From Longimicrobiales bacterium (GTDB taxonomy: Bacteria; Gemmatimonadota; Gemmatimonadetes; Longimicrobiales; Gaopeijiaceae): a stretch of DNA of 64,000 nt. Shown piece by piece: positions 38,439-48,835 of this stretch. The stretch spans positions 768,001 through 832,000 of the forward strand of contig CBDFIQ010000002.1 in assembly GCA_965248195.1 (NCBI GenBank), given 5' to 3'. Below the pieces are notes generated by a model. It was given only the letters and a program-made list of their open reading frames with translations. It was not told the DNA's origin and did not search any database. Positions within the stretch are counted from its first letter, which is position 1. Every line of letters begins with the position of its first letter. The translations under genes and the position numbers were made by a program.

Positions 38439-39563
38439 TTAGAGGACCTCCAAAAACCGGTCCGCCAACGTCTCCGATTGCCAGCGCCTCACGCCCGCGA
38501 CCCCCGCGAGTTCTTCCACAGAACGCGGATGAATACGGGCGATTTCCAAGATCGCGGTGTTCGACATCAGAACCCCACGGTCGATGCCCAGAGCCTCCGC
38601 CACGTGGTTTCGAATAGACTTGAGGCGGTTGGCGATTTCCTCCACCTCAGGTTGAGGGCGGCGTGGGCCGGCCCGACCACGCGGATAACCCACCAGTTCG
38701 GAATCGTCGAGCCGGTCGGTCTGCTCGAGCCGGTCGAGTAGCTCCTTGCCCGACCGACCCGCGAGCTGGGGCGAAAAGCCGCGTATGCGCCCGAGTGCGG
38801 AAACGTCCAGCGGCCGCTCACGTACGACCTCCAGGAGCGCCGGATCTCCCGCCACCCGAAATGGGGCGCGATCCCGGGCGCGGGCGACCTCGTCTCTCCA
38901 GAACCAAGCCTCACGGAGAAGGGCCACCTGGCGGAGCTCGAGGTCTCGTACGCCCTTGACCTTGGTGACGGGATCGACATCGCCGTCGGCGTTCCATCGT
39001 AGCGCCTCCATGAGCGTGGATTCCTCTTCTGCCCAGGACCTTCTCCCGACCGCCTCCAACCGCTCGGTAAGGAGGTCGGCCAACTCGTGTAGATGCCGGG
39101 TGTCCGAGGCAGCGTAGTCCAGCATCTCGTCTGGAAGAGGACGCCTCGCCCAGTCCGCACGTTGGTATTTCTTGGACACGTGGACATCGAGGTACTTTTC
39201 CAGGAGCGCGGCGAGCCCCAGAGACGGCTCTCCCAGGAGGGCTGCCGCGGTCTGCGTGTCGAAAAGCTTCACGGGGTGTAGATCCAAGTCCCGGTCCAGG
39301 AGCCGAAGATCGTAATCGCCGCCGTGAAGAAGGACCGTAACAGTCGGGCTTTCCAGAGGGCCCCGCAGCACGGGCGACGGGTCGACGGCAAGCGTGTCGA
39401 CGACGAAATTCTGGTCGCTGCTGCTCACCTGAAGCAGGCAGACGCGATCCGAGTAACGGTGAAAGCCAGCCGCTTCGAGGTCCACAGCCACCCGGGATTC
39501 TCCCGTCAGGCCCTCGCCCAACTCCTGGAGGGAGCCCGCGTCTGAGATCAGTTGGATGGTCAT
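38439..39563 (-). CDS. rnd: ribonuclease D with HRDC domains
   Basis: AVDLE, LLQ, HGGDYD, FDTQ, DW..RPL and YAASD motifs; two HRDC-like segments. Confidence 0.9.
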   Translation of the reverse strand: MTIQLISDAGSLQELGEGLTGESRVAVDLEAAGFHRYSDRVCLLQVSSSDQNFVVDTLAVDPSPVLRGPLESPTVTVLLHGGDYDLRLLDRDLDLHPVKLFDTQTAAALLGEPSLGLAALLEKYLDVHVSKKYQRADWARRPLPDEMLDYAASDTRHLHELADLLTERLEAVGRRSWAEEESTLMEALRWNADGDVDPVTKVKGVRDLELRQVALLREAWFWRDEVARARDRAPFRVAGDPALLEVVRERPLDVSALGRIRGFSPQLAGRSGKELLDRLEQTDRLDDSELVGYPRGRAGPRRPQPEVEEIANRLKSIRNHVAEALGIDRGVLMSNTAILEIARIHPRSVEELAGVAGVRRWQSETLADRFLEVL

Positions 39564-39696
39564 GATGCCGGGAGCTTCGGTCCGCGGGACCCCGGGCGCA
39601 AGCGATTCATGATTGGGTCCGTGGCAGAGCCTTGCTCTACAGATCGCCCAGGGGCAGCTTCCACCAGCCTCCTCCGTGTCTAGCCGCCTTGGACTC

Positions 39697-40476
39697 ATGA
39701 AACTCACATTCCTCGGGACAGGAACCTCTTTCGGCGTGCCGGTGGTCGGGTGCGACTGCGACGTCTGCACCTCAGGGGACGCCCGGGACAAGCGGACGCG
39801 GCACGGTGCGTTGCTCGAGCTGGACGGGGGGACGGTGCTGGTCGATACGCCCCCCGAGCTCCGCCTCCAGTTGCTTGCCGCCGGTGTCAGCAACGTCGAT
39901 GCGGTGTGGTATACGCACGCCCATGCAGACCACGTACATGGCATTGACGATCTCCGCGCCTTCACGGCTCGGCAACGACGTGATATCCCTGCTTACGTTC
40001 CACAGGAATACGACGATCTCTTTCGAACGCGGTTCTCGTATATTTTCGACGACGATTTTCAGCCCCCCGAGGGAACGACCAAGCCTCGCGTTCGCCTCAA
40101 CTCTTTCGCGCCCGAGGAGTCCACCATGATAGTTGGTCACCGCTTCGATCCGGTGGTGGTGCCCCACGGGCCGATCTCCGTTTACGGCTTTCGAGTCGGG
40201 CCCCTCGGCTACGTCACCGACGCGAAGGAACTACCGAAACCCGCATTGGAGACGCTGAAGGGTGTGAGCGTTCTGGTACTCAATGCGTTGTGGTTCGGCC
40301 GGCCGCATCCGACTCATTTCAACGTAGAGGAAGCCGTGGAGGCGGCGAGAACCGTGGGTGCGGAGCGCACCTACCTCGTCCACCTGACCCATCGAGTGGG
40401 GCACCAAGAATTGGCGGATAAGCTCCCCAAAAATGTGGCCCCGGCCTACGACGGTTTGTGTATCGAGATCTCATGA
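39697..40476 (+). CDS. MBL-fold metallo-hydrolase (PhnP-like)
   Basis: LGTGTS.GVP..GC.C.VC, THAHADHVHG and AYDG motifs. Confidence 0.92.
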   Translation: MKLTFLGTGTSFGVPVVGCDCDVCTSGDARDKRTRHGALLELDGGTVLVDTPPELRLQLLAAGVSNVDAVWYTHAHADHVHGIDDLRAFTARQRRDIPAYVPQEYDDLFRTRFSYIFDDDFQPPEGTTKPRVRLNSFAPEESTMIVGHRFDPVVVPHGPISVYGFRVGPLGYVTDAKELPKPALETLKGVSVLVLNALWFGRPHPTHFNVEEAVEAARTVGAERTYLVHLTHRVGHQELADKLPKNVAPAYDGLCIEIS

Positions 40477-41873
40477 CCCCCGTCACAATCGACTTCTCAA
40501 ACATGGTGATGGAACGCCTTGGCGCGGGTGGTATCGATCCGGATCGACTCGGAGGGGACCTAGCGGATCGCTTCCGTGCGGCCCATGAGCAGGTCGAGGC
40601 CTCCCGGCGTTCCGGCGAGATGGGATTCTTTGAGCTTCCGTATGCCTCGGATGAGTTGGGCCGCGCGCAACAGCTCGCGGATCGCCTGGAGGGGCGTTTC
40701 GAGAATCTTGTCATCATCGGGATCGGGGGGTCCGCGTTGGGCGCTCGCACGCTGCGAGATGCACTGCTAGGCCCCTTGTGGAACGAGCGGTCGAATGAGG
40801 AGCGGGAGGGCAGGCCTCGGATGTACATCCTCGACAACGTGGACCCGAGTGCCGTCTTGGACGCCGTAGAGCATCTCGACCTTCGCCGCACGCTGTTCAA
40901 CGTTGTCAGCAAGTCGGGATCCACCGCCGAGACCATGGCGCTTTACCTGGTGATCGAGGGGCTGCTGATCGAGGAGGTTGGGATCGAGGGTGCGGGGGAC
41001 CACTTCGTGTTCACCACCGATCCAGAGAACGGAGCCCTGCGGTCGATCGCGGAGGCCGAGGGAATCGAGAGTCTGCCGATTCCGGGAAACGTCGGAGGCC
41101 GCTTTTCGGTGCTTTCGCCGGTGGGTCTCTTTCCCGCCGCTCTCGCCGGCCTAGATGCCGCGGGGCTTCTCGCTGGGGCCGCGCTGGCCGACGAGTATTG
41201 CCGGACCCCGATGCTGCGGGAGAACCCGGCTGGGCTCATGGCTACCTTGCTTCATACGGTTCACTGCGAATCGGGGGCCTCGATCCATGTGATGATGCCC
41301 TACTCGGAGCACCTTCGCTCCTTCTCGTTCTGGTTTCAACAACTCTGGGCCGAGTCTCTCGGAAAGGCTCACGATCGCTCGGGCAAGATCGTCCACACGG
41401 GACCGACGCCGCTGCCGGCGGTGGGCGTCACGGATCAGCATGCCCAAGTACAGCTGTTCATCGAGGGGCCTCTGGACAAAGTCGTCATCTTCCTTGCGCT
41501 CACCGGGGTGCGGCGAGACGTGAAGATCGGAACGCATCGCGCCTCGATGCCTTCCGTCGGCTATCTCGGAGGACACACGGTGGGTCAGTTGATGGATGCC
41601 GAACGCCAGGCGACCACGGAGGCGTTGCGCCGGAGCGGCCGGGCGAACATGACCTTCGAGATCGATCGCCTCGACGCGTCGACGCTCGGAGAGCTCTTCA
41701 TGCTCATGTCGGTAGCTACGGTTTACGCCGGCGCGTTGTACGATGTGAACCCACTCGATCAACCGGGTGTCGAGCTGGGCAAGCAACTCACCTATGGACT
41801 GATGGGTCGGGACGGGTACGATCCGCCGGAGCGATCGGACCCAGACGGCCGCTGGCGGCTCGGACGGGGGTAG
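40473..41873 (+). CDS. pgi: glucose-6-phosphate isomerase
   Basis: GIGGSALG, SKSGSTAE, GGRFSVLS, QLWAESLGK, DQHA and DQPGVELGK motifs. Confidence 0.95.
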   Translation: MTPVTIDFSNMVMERLGAGGIDPDRLGGDLADRFRAAHEQVEASRRSGEMGFFELPYASDELGRAQQLADRLEGRFENLVIIGIGGSALGARTLRDALLGPLWNERSNEEREGRPRMYILDNVDPSAVLDAVEHLDLRRTLFNVVSKSGSTAETMALYLVIEGLLIEEVGIEGAGDHFVFTTDPENGALRSIAEAEGIESLPIPGNVGGRFSVLSPVGLFPAALAGLDAAGLLAGAALADEYCRTPMLRENPAGLMATLLHTVHCESGASIHVMMPYSEHLRSFSFWFQQLWAESLGKAHDRSGKIVHTGPTPLPAVGVTDQHAQVQLFIEGPLDKVVIFLALTGVRRDVKIGTHRASMPSVGYLGGHTVGQLMDAERQATTEALRRSGRANMTFEIDRLDASTLGELFMLMSVATVYAGALYDVNPLDQPGVELGKQLTYGLMGRDGYDPPERSDPDGRWRLGRG

Positions 41874-41961
41874 GCTCCCATCCGACCCCCCTCGGCGGTA
41901 TGTTTCGGATGGCGGCGGGTGCCTTGCCCCGCTTCCAGACGCTGCGGAAGGAGCTCATATC

Positions 41962-42390
41962 ATGCGTAATCAAGAGGACCCCCCGTACATCGTCGTCGAG
42001 CGGGATAGCGGTGGGAGTTTCGGATCGTTCTGCCTCGGCGCGTTGGTCGGGGCCGGGCTGGCTCTGCTCTTCGCACCCCAAACCGGTGAAGAGACACAGG
42101 AGGAGATACGGGCACGTGCCCAGAAGCTCCGCGCTGCCGCCGAGGAGCGCATGCGTGAGGCCCAACTGACCCTAGAGGATCGGTTCGAGAACGTTCGCGA
42201 GGGCGTGGAGTCCCGCGTTGAGTTGGTGCGCGACGCCGTGGAATCGGGACGTGCGGCGGCCGAGGTGGCTCGTACGGATCTCGAAGCCAAACTCGAGCGC
42301 TCAAAGGCCGCCGCCAAGGCGGGGATCGCTGCGGCGCGGGAGTCGGCTGTAGACGGGAAGTCGTCCCAGGAGGAAGACGTCGGCGAATAG
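41962..42390 (+). CDS. YtxH domain protein
   Basis: GALVGAGLALLFAP.TGEET followed by a coiled coil. Confidence 0.88.
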   Translation: MRNQEDPPYIVVERDSGGSFGSFCLGALVGAGLALLFAPQTGEETQEEIRARAQKLRAAAEERMREAQLTLEDRFENVREGVESRVELVRDAVESGRAAAEVARTDLEAKLERSKAAAKAGIAAARESAVDGKSSQEEDVGE

Positions 42391-42409
42391 TGACCGAGTC
42401 GGCCCGCTC

Positions 42410-43333
42410 GTGAGCGCCGGCCCTGGAGCGTCCCCTCTCAGTTCACGTCGTGCCCGCCTCAGGGATTTCTGGTCCCTCGTGTACCAGAAGTCCACCGAGG
42501 ACAACATTTTCTTCATGGCGGGGGCGATCAGTTACAACCTCCTGATTGCCGTCGTACCTCTTTTCCTCTTGGCGGTTGGCCTGTGGGGTTACGTCCTTCG
42601 TGCCCGGTACGGCGAGCCCTCCGAAGCCATTGTCGGCTTGCTGGAGAACTACATTCCGGCGATGGGAGGCGACATCGACCTCCTCGCCGAGATCGAGTCG
42701 GGGATCAACGGGCTGGTGGCCAGCCGCGCCGGATACTCGATCGTTGGATCCCTCCTGTTCATTTGGCTCTCGACCAGACTCGTGAGTACGCTCCGAATCG
42801 CCTTACGCGAGGTGTTCGACATCGAGGGCGACCGTGGTGTGCTTCGAGGTAAGATCTTCGACCTACAGGTGGTTGTGCTCGGGGGCGTGCTGCTGCTCTT
42901 GAACGTGGTCATCACGGTCGTCCTCCAGTCGTTAGGCGGCTGGGGCACCGAGCTATTGGGCATTCCGGAGGACTTTCTCGGATCCACCCAGCGGGCGCTG
43001 GCCACGCTGCTCGCGTTCACGTCGACCTGGGCGTTGTTCGCACTCATTTATTTGTACGTTCCCGCACGGAGGATCAGTTGGCGCACGGCATGGGTGGCTG
43101 CGACGGTCATGGCGGTATCGTACGAGTTGATGAAATGGGGATTCGGGTGGTACGTCACGTCCGTAGCCGATTACCGCTCCGCATACGGGAATCTCGCCAC
43201 CATAGTCGTGCTCTTGTTCTGGATCTATTACGGGTCGGTAGTGTTTGTCCTCAGCGGAGAAATTGCCCAGGTTTACACCATGCGAAAAGCGCGAAGGGTG
43301 CAGAGTCGGCCTGCCTTTGGGGGCTCGGCGTAA
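42410..43333 (+). CDS. YihY/BrkB family membrane protein
   Basis: AGAISYN..P and YG......LLFWIY.....L.GE motifs; about 6 TM segments. Confidence 0.88.
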   Translation: MSAGPGASPLSSRRARLRDFWSLVYQKSTEDNIFFMAGAISYNLLIAVVPLFLLAVGLWGYVLRARYGEPSEAIVGLLENYIPAMGGDIDLLAEIESGINGLVASRAGYSIVGSLLFIWLSTRLVSTLRIALREVFDIEGDRGVLRGKIFDLQVVVLGGVLLLLNVVITVVLQSLGGWGTELLGIPEDFLGSTQRALATLLAFTSTWALFALIYLYVPARRISWRTAWVAATVMAVSYELMKWGFGWYVTSVADYRSAYGNLATIVVLLFWIYYGSVVFVLSGEIAQVYTMRKARRVQSRPAFGGSA

Positions 43334-43346
43334 AGCTGGAAAACTG

Positions 43347-43826
43347 TTGAGCGACCAGAGTGGTAGCGGCGAGAACGGCCGCAAGGTGGTGGGGCGGAAT
43401 CGGAAAGCTCGGCACGAATATGAGATCCTGGATACTCATGAGGCTGGAATCGTGCTCAAGGGACCTGAGGTGAAGTCGCTTCGGGCGGGGCATTTGGCCT
43501 TCCGCGATGCCTTCGCCCGTGTGGAGAACGGAGAGGCCTGGCTCTACAACCTCCACATTTCGCCCTATGAACAGGCGAACCGGGCCAACCAGGACCCTGA
43601 TCGTGCACGGAAGCTACTCCTGCATCGCGAGGAGATTCGCCGTTTGGTGAGAAAGACCGAAGAGAAGGGACTCACCCTGATCCCCCTCGAGATCTATTTC
43701 CGGAAGGGGAACGCGAAGGTGCTTCTTGGGGTGGCGAGGGGACGCCGTCTGTACGACAAGCGCCAAAAGCTGAAGAAGCAGACTCAGGATAGGGAGGCCA
43801 AGCGCGCCATGAGCAAGCACCGATGA
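43347..43826 (+). CDS. smpB: SsrA-binding protein
   Basis: NRKARHEY, EAGIVL.G.EVKSLR, RKLLLH and YDKR motifs. Confidence 0.96.
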   Translation: MSDQSGSGENGRKVVGRNRKARHEYEILDTHEAGIVLKGPEVKSLRAGHLAFRDAFARVENGEAWLYNLHISPYEQANRANQDPDRARKLLLHREEIRRLVRKTEEKGLTLIPLEIYFRKGNAKVLLGVARGRRLYDKRQKLKKQTQDREAKRAMSKHR

Positions 43827-45208
43827 TCAGGTTATCGAGCGTTCTCGGCATCCTGGCCTCGTCGGCGATGGTCCTCGGCGGGCCCGCTCGCGGTTCCGCT
43901 CAAACGGAGAATTTCCTCGTCGTACGCGGCCCGGATGACTCTTCTCTCTCGTTGACCATCAGACGGTCTCGCGGATACGCGACCGTGCCTCATGAGGCTC
44001 TGCGTCAGCTGGGTTGGGCGGTCGAGGTGGATGCACCACGGCTCCGTGCCCAGCTCGGTGCCGGCGGGCCTGTCGTGGAGTTTTCGTTGGACAACCCGCT
44101 CTTCCACTGGGACGACGAGCTGCTCCAACTAGTGAGCGCGCCGTTTTCGGGTGACGGTTCCATTCAGATTCCACTCCAGTTCGTGGTCGACTTCCTTCCG
44201 GCTTGGGCGAGCGAGGCGTATGCGTTCTCGCCGGGCGAGAGAACACTCGAAGTCCTCGATGCATCCCTATGGCCCCAAGGCGGGACCGATCGGTCGGCGC
44301 AGAGAGAGCGCAAAGGAATCCCGTCCCGAAGCCGTGTCGCCAACCCGGACGACACGCGTAGGGACGACCGCCTCCGGGACCGAACGCTCGGGGGTGACCC
44401 CTCCAGAGATGAACCCGCTTCAACGGAAGATCCGTCCGCACCGGCGTCACAGCAGAATTTGGAAGAAGCACAGAACGCTGAAAAACGCGTAATCGTGATC
44501 GATCCGGGCCACGGGGGTAATGACCCGGGCACGACGGGCAGTGGTGGCCGCCGCGAAAAGGACATCGCGCTGGCCATCGGGCGTTATTTGGAGAGGGAAT
44601 TGAGGGGGGATGACGACCTCGAGGTATACCTGACCCGCGACCGGGATGTGCTCGTTCCGCTCTGGGAGAGGGGTCCACAGGCCACGCTCCTGAAGGGAGC
44701 GCGCTTCGGCATCTTCATATCCCTTCACGTGAACTCTTCCCCGAGTCCCGCGATACGCGGGTTCGAGACGTATTATCTGGACCTGGCTCGCACCGAGCAC
44801 GAGGAAAGGGTGGCGGCGCTCGAGAACGCTCCCCTCCAACTCGAGACGGAGTTGGGCGGTGGTGAGGTGGAAGTTGTGGATGTGACTTCGATCCTGAGGG
44901 GGCTCCAAAACGACGAGTACCAGCGTTGGTCGTCCACTCTCGCCGAGGGGATCCAAGCGGAGCTGGAGGACGTGCACCCCAGCCCAAACCGCGGTGTAAA
45001 ACAGGGACCGTTCGCGGTGATTACCAACGCGCTCATGCCGGCGGTATTGGTGGAGGTCGGATTCATCACCAACCGTGAGGAAGAACGCGTCCTTTCCCGC
45101 GTGGAGTTTCAGCGCGGCGTCGCCGCGGCTCTCGCGCAGGCGATCCGGGATTTCTTCTTACGGTACCCCCCGGGGCAGGGGGTGGCGGCTCAGGGCTCCC
45201 CACGGTGA
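43823..45208 (+). CDS. N-acetylmuramoyl-L-alanine amidase (Amidase_3)
   Basis: Signal peptide; IDPGHGG.D, EKD, LTRD, SLHVNS and VLVEVGF motifs. Confidence 0.92.
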   Translation: MIRLSSVLGILASSAMVLGGPARGSAQTENFLVVRGPDDSSLSLTIRRSRGYATVPHEALRQLGWAVEVDAPRLRAQLGAGGPVVEFSLDNPLFHWDDELLQLVSAPFSGDGSIQIPLQFVVDFLPAWASEAYAFSPGERTLEVLDASLWPQGGTDRSAQRERKGIPSRSRVANPDDTRRDDRLRDRTLGGDPSRDEPASTEDPSAPASQQNLEEAQNAEKRVIVIDPGHGGNDPGTTGSGGRREKDIALAIGRYLERELRGDDDLEVYLTRDRDVLVPLWERGPQATLLKGARFGIFISLHVNSSPSPAIRGFETYYLDLARTEHEERVAALENAPLQLETELGGGEVEVVDVTSILRGLQNDEYQRWSSTLAEGIQAELEDVHPSPNRGVKQGPFAVITNALMPAVLVEVGFITNREEERVLSRVEFQRGVAAALAQAIRDFFLRYPPGQGVAAQGSPR

Positions 45209-46602
45209 GAACCTCGATGCACGTCGTCGCCCTTGCGGCGGTGGGATCGGGAGTATTTGCGGGTTGCCTCTTCAACAACACGCTCTATAACGCGGGGAGT
45301 TTGTACCAAGAGGCGGAGAACTTGCGCTTGGCTGATCAGGACTCCGCATCTACAGACCTTTACCGCGAGGTCGTCGCCAAGGCCACCAAGGAGTACGAGG
45401 CCGACGAGGATAGTGGATGGGCCGATGATGCCCTCCTCCTCATTGCCAAGGCCCAGCTTCGCTTGGGAGCCACTTCGGAAGCAACTCGTGCCGTAGAGCG
45501 GGCACTCGAAATCAGTACCAGTCCCCACGTGAGAGCGCAGGCCGCCCTGTACCGCGGTGCCCTTGCTGTGGCGGTTGGAGAGACGGTCCGAGGGCTTGCG
45601 CTTCTCGACGGTGCGCTCGAGAGCATCGATGACCCGAGCCACCGAGCGGAGGGCCATCTCTGGCGGGCTCGTGCAATGTTCGAGCGGGGGATGGTGGAGC
45701 AGGGATGGCGCGATCTGGACCGCGCGAGAGCGGTCCATGACGGCCACGCGGTGCCAGTCGGCCTCGAGCGGGTGGCGTGGGGATTCGCTCTGCCGGATCT
45801 AACCCGTATCCATCAGGGCATCCAGGCGCTGATCTTCACGAGTCGGGCCCAAGCATACGGCGACTCCATCGGTTCGCTGGTTCGACGGTTCGCGGAGCGA
45901 TGGGGCCCGGGAAGTGCCGTGATCCTCTTGGACAACGCCGAAGACGCCCATTGGTCCCGAGATGAGCGGGACCGCTTGTTGATGACACGCGCCTGGCTCG
46001 CCTACGAGGCGGGCGATCTGACCCGCGCCAGGAAGGACGCGCGTTTGGTCGGGTCGGGCGTGGGGGAGCAGGCCTCAGGCGCAAGGGTGACGCTGGCGAG
46101 GTGGCGCCTGGCCGAGGCGGAGCGGGTGGACGACTTCCGGTCGCTCCGGTCCATTCTTTTCCCGGCGGTGTCGTCCAAAGAGGCCCAAAACATACTGAAC
46201 GCGATCCGCCGGGTGGAGCTCCTCACGAAGTATGGACACGAGGGTGAGCCCATCGCGCTGATCGGCGCTGCGGAGATCTCCCGAGACCTGCTGGTCGCTC
46301 CACGGCTTTCTGCGGCGCTCTTTCTGGCCTATCTGGCAGCGGCGCCCGATGCTCCGTGGTCGGGGAAGGCGCTCCTCGCGGCCAGGGACCTGACGACCGA
46401 ACGGGCTCAGCGGGAGTGGCTGAACGAGCGGCTCGATGCTATCCCCGGGGATGCTTATGTGCGCTACGCTCGCAAGGGTCATTTCGGACCTGAATTAGGG
46501 GAGCTGGAGGCCCAGCTTCAGAGGACGCTCGACCCACTCATAGAGCGGGTCGATGAGGAGCTGGCGGCCCGGCGGCAACTCGCGGGCGTGCCGAAAGAGT
46601 GA
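45205..46602 (+). CDS. TPR-like lipoprotein
   Basis: Lipobox FAGC, FNNTLYNA and helical repeats; GTGA overlaps on both sides. Confidence 0.75.
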   Translation: MRTSMHVVALAAVGSGVFAGCLFNNTLYNAGSLYQEAENLRLADQDSASTDLYREVVAKATKEYEADEDSGWADDALLLIAKAQLRLGATSEATRAVERALEISTSPHVRAQAALYRGALAVAVGETVRGLALLDGALESIDDPSHRAEGHLWRARAMFERGMVEQGWRDLDRARAVHDGHAVPVGLERVAWGFALPDLTRIHQGIQALIFTSRAQAYGDSIGSLVRRFAERWGPGSAVILLDNAEDAHWSRDERDRLLMTRAWLAYEAGDLTRARKDARLVGSGVGEQASGARVTLARWRLAEAERVDDFRSLRSILFPAVSSKEAQNILNAIRRVELLTKYGHEGEPIALIGAAEISRDLLVAPRLSAALFLAYLAAAPDAPWSGKALLAARDLTTERAQREWLNERLDAIPGDAYVRYARKGHFGPELGELEAQLQRTLDPLIERVDEELAARRQLAGVPKE

Positions 46603-47573
46603 CAGTGATCGAATCGACAATGCGACTGAGCCAGACCCTGTTCGGAGCGACCTTTCACAACCCTGTCCTTCTGGCCGCCGGAACCTGCGGATTCGGCGAG
46701 GAACTCGAGGATGCTCTCGATCTCTCGTCCCTGGGCGGCATCGTGACGAAGTCGGTGACTCTGGAGCCTCGGGTGGGTAATCCGGCACCGCGCCTCGTGG
46801 AGTCCGGAAACGCCATGCTGAACTCGGTCGGTCTGGCGAACCCCGGCTTGGAACGCGTGTGCTCGGAGAGGCTCCCCTGGATAAGAGAGCACCTCTCAGG
46901 TATCCAGGTGTTCGTGAGCGTGGCCGGCCACACACCGGACGAGTATTGGCGCATCGTAGAGGAACTGGAGTCGGTCGGCGGTTTCCTGGGGTACGAGCTG
47001 AACCTTTCCTGTCCCAACGACACTCGCCTCGGTGGGCTTCCCTTCGCCCTGGATCCCGAGGCTCTCCGGGGCGTCGTCGAGGGTGCCAAGAGGCTGACCG
47101 ATCGGCCGCTTCTGGTGAAGCTCGCTCCAAACGTTCCGGACATCGGGCCCGTTGCCGAAGCAGCGAAGGAGGCGGGTGCGGACGGACTCACCCTCGTGAA
47201 CACGATGCCGGGCTTGGTCATCGACATCGAGTCGCGCAGCCCCGCCCTCGGCGCAGGCTCGGGCGGCTTGTCCGGACCGGCGTTGCGGGCCGTAGGCGTG
47301 CACGCCGTACATCGGGCCCGGGCGTGCACGTCCATTCCTCTCCTCGGAGTTGGTGGAATCACGGAGGTCGGGGATGCGCTTCAGTATCTTTTGGCGGGCG
47401 CCTCTCTTGTTCAGGTCGGTACCGCCACCTTCGCTGATCCGAGGACCGCGCAGAGGGTAGGAAAGGGGATCGCCAGGTACGGGGAGAAGATGGGACTCGA
47501 GAACATTCAGGACTTGATCGGAGCGTACCGTGGAGCGGATCGCCCCTTGAGCGTCTCTGGAGGGCCAGGCTGA
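46599..47573 (+). CDS. pyrD: dihydroorotate dehydrogenase, class 1 catalytic subunit
   Basis: TKS, GNP.PR, LNSVGLANPG, ELNLSCPN, VNT, GGLSGP and VQVGT motifs. Confidence 0.94.
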   Translation: MTVIESTMRLSQTLFGATFHNPVLLAAGTCGFGEELEDALDLSSLGGIVTKSVTLEPRVGNPAPRLVESGNAMLNSVGLANPGLERVCSERLPWIREHLSGIQVFVSVAGHTPDEYWRIVEELESVGGFLGYELNLSCPNDTRLGGLPFALDPEALRGVVEGAKRLTDRPLLVKLAPNVPDIGPVAEAAKEAGADGLTLVNTMPGLVIDIESRSPALGAGSGGLSGPALRAVGVHAVHRARACTSIPLLGVGGITEVGDALQYLLAGASLVQVGTATFADPRTAQRVGKGIARYGEKMGLENIQDLIGAYRGADRPLSVSGGPG

Positions 47574-47574
47574 C

Positions 47575-48282
47575 ATGGCTCGGGTGATCGTCGCACTCGA
47601 CGTTCCGAGGCTGGACGAGGCCATGGGCCTAGTGGATTCCCTCGGCGAAGGGACCGATTTCTATAAGGTCGGACTCGAGCTCTTCACCCGAGAGGGCCCG
47701 TCTGTGGTCCAAGCGCTCGCGAGCAGGGACAAGCGTATCTTCCTCGACCTCAAGCTGCACGATATTCCCAATACCGTGGCGCGGGCGGTTGGCCGTGCCC
47801 GCGAGCTCGAGGTCGATTTCTTGACCCTGCATGCGACGGGGGGACGCCCCATGATGGAGGCGGCGGCCGAGGCAGCCGGAGACGACCTTACGCTTCTTGG
47901 CGTCACGGTGCTGACGTCGATGACGGCGTCCGACCTGGAAGACTCCTGGGGCCGTGAGGTGGACTCGCTCGAGGAGGAGGTCGTGCGCCTGGCCCGGTTG
48001 GCGCGGGCGTCCGGGGTTGGAGGCGTGGTGGCGTCCGTACGAGAGGCGGCTCCGATCAAGGACGTCTTGGGATCCGATCTCGTGGTGGTCACGCCGGGGA
48101 TTCGCCTCGCTGGGGACGATGTGCACGACCAGGCCCGTGTCTCCACGCCAGCCGAGGCGGTGGCGGCCGGCGCCGACTACCTGGTGATTGGGCGTTCCGT
48201 AACGGAGGCGTCGGATCCGGCGCAGGCGCTCCAGAGGGTCTGCGAAGAGGCGTCCGGTCCCAGCGCGGTTCCGACGGCATGA
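47575..48282 (+). CDS. pyrF: orotidine-5'-phosphate decarboxylase
   Basis: VALD, KVG, DLKLHDIPNT, VTVLTS, TPGIR and IGR motifs. Confidence 0.96.
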   Translation: MARVIVALDVPRLDEAMGLVDSLGEGTDFYKVGLELFTREGPSVVQALASRDKRIFLDLKLHDIPNTVARAVGRARELEVDFLTLHATGGRPMMEAAAEAAGDDLTLLGVTVLTSMTASDLEDSWGREVDSLEEEVVRLARLARASGVGGVVASVREAAPIKDVLGSDLVVVTPGIRLAGDDVHDQARVSTPAEAVAAGADYLVIGRSVTEASDPAQALQRVCEEASGPSAVPTA

Positions 48283-48731
48283 GAGTGGGGCGAAGGCTGG
48301 TCCTGGGGATGGTCGCCGTTGCTGTCGGGGTCGGCGTGCCCGCCGCCTGCATCGGACAGGATCTCGAACAGGCTGCCGCCGCATTTGCGGCGCAGTGGTC
48401 CGCCGGCGACCTGTCTAGGCTCCAGAACCGATTCTCCCAAAACGGAGTGCGCATTCAATGGGAGGCGCGACCTCTCGGTGCCCTCTCTCCGCAGCGCGCG
48501 GGAGCCTCCATCCGGGAGTACCTGGAAAACCGTGAGGCCGCGTCGGCGCGTGTGTCGCGGACGGGGGAGGTGGGTGGTGAGCCCCCGCGGGGATTTGCCG
48601 AAATCCGGTGGGAGTCGAGGATCCGGGGGATGTCCGAGATGGTCACCCGCACCGTATTCGTGGCCTTCGTTTACGAGGATGGCGCTTGGCGGGTGGCCGA
48701 GCTCCGGGTTCTTCCGCAGACGCGGCTTTGA
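48279..48731 (+). CDS. secreted hypothetical protein
   Basis: Signal peptide; ATGA overlap with pyrF. Confidence 0.65.
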   Translation: MRVGRRLVLGMVAVAVGVGVPAACIGQDLEQAAAAFAAQWSAGDLSRLQNRFSQNGVRIQWEARPLGALSPQRAGASIREYLENREAASARVSRTGEVGGEPPRGFAEIRWESRIRGMSEMVTRTVFVAFVYEDGAWRVAELRVLPQTRL

Positions 48732-48782
48732 CGTCGTCCCATCCGATCTGGTGGCGGGACGAGGAGCCCGGGCCAGACCACG

Positions 48783-48822
48783 CCCAATCTGACCAACGCT
48801 GACCCAATCTGACCAACGCTGA
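48783..48822. repeat. 2 x 20-bp perfect tandem repeat upstream of cysS
   Basis: CCCAATCTGACCAACGCTGA twice. Confidence 0.9.
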
Positions 48823-48835
48823 CCCTCGTGACCCC

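Noticed and set aside
38439..39965. 508-aa RNase D
   Set aside because: The extension is antisense to the MBL hydrolase; the real start is ATG 39563
43320..43830. tmRNA next to smpB
   Set aside because: No intergenic space and no tmRNA termini were seen
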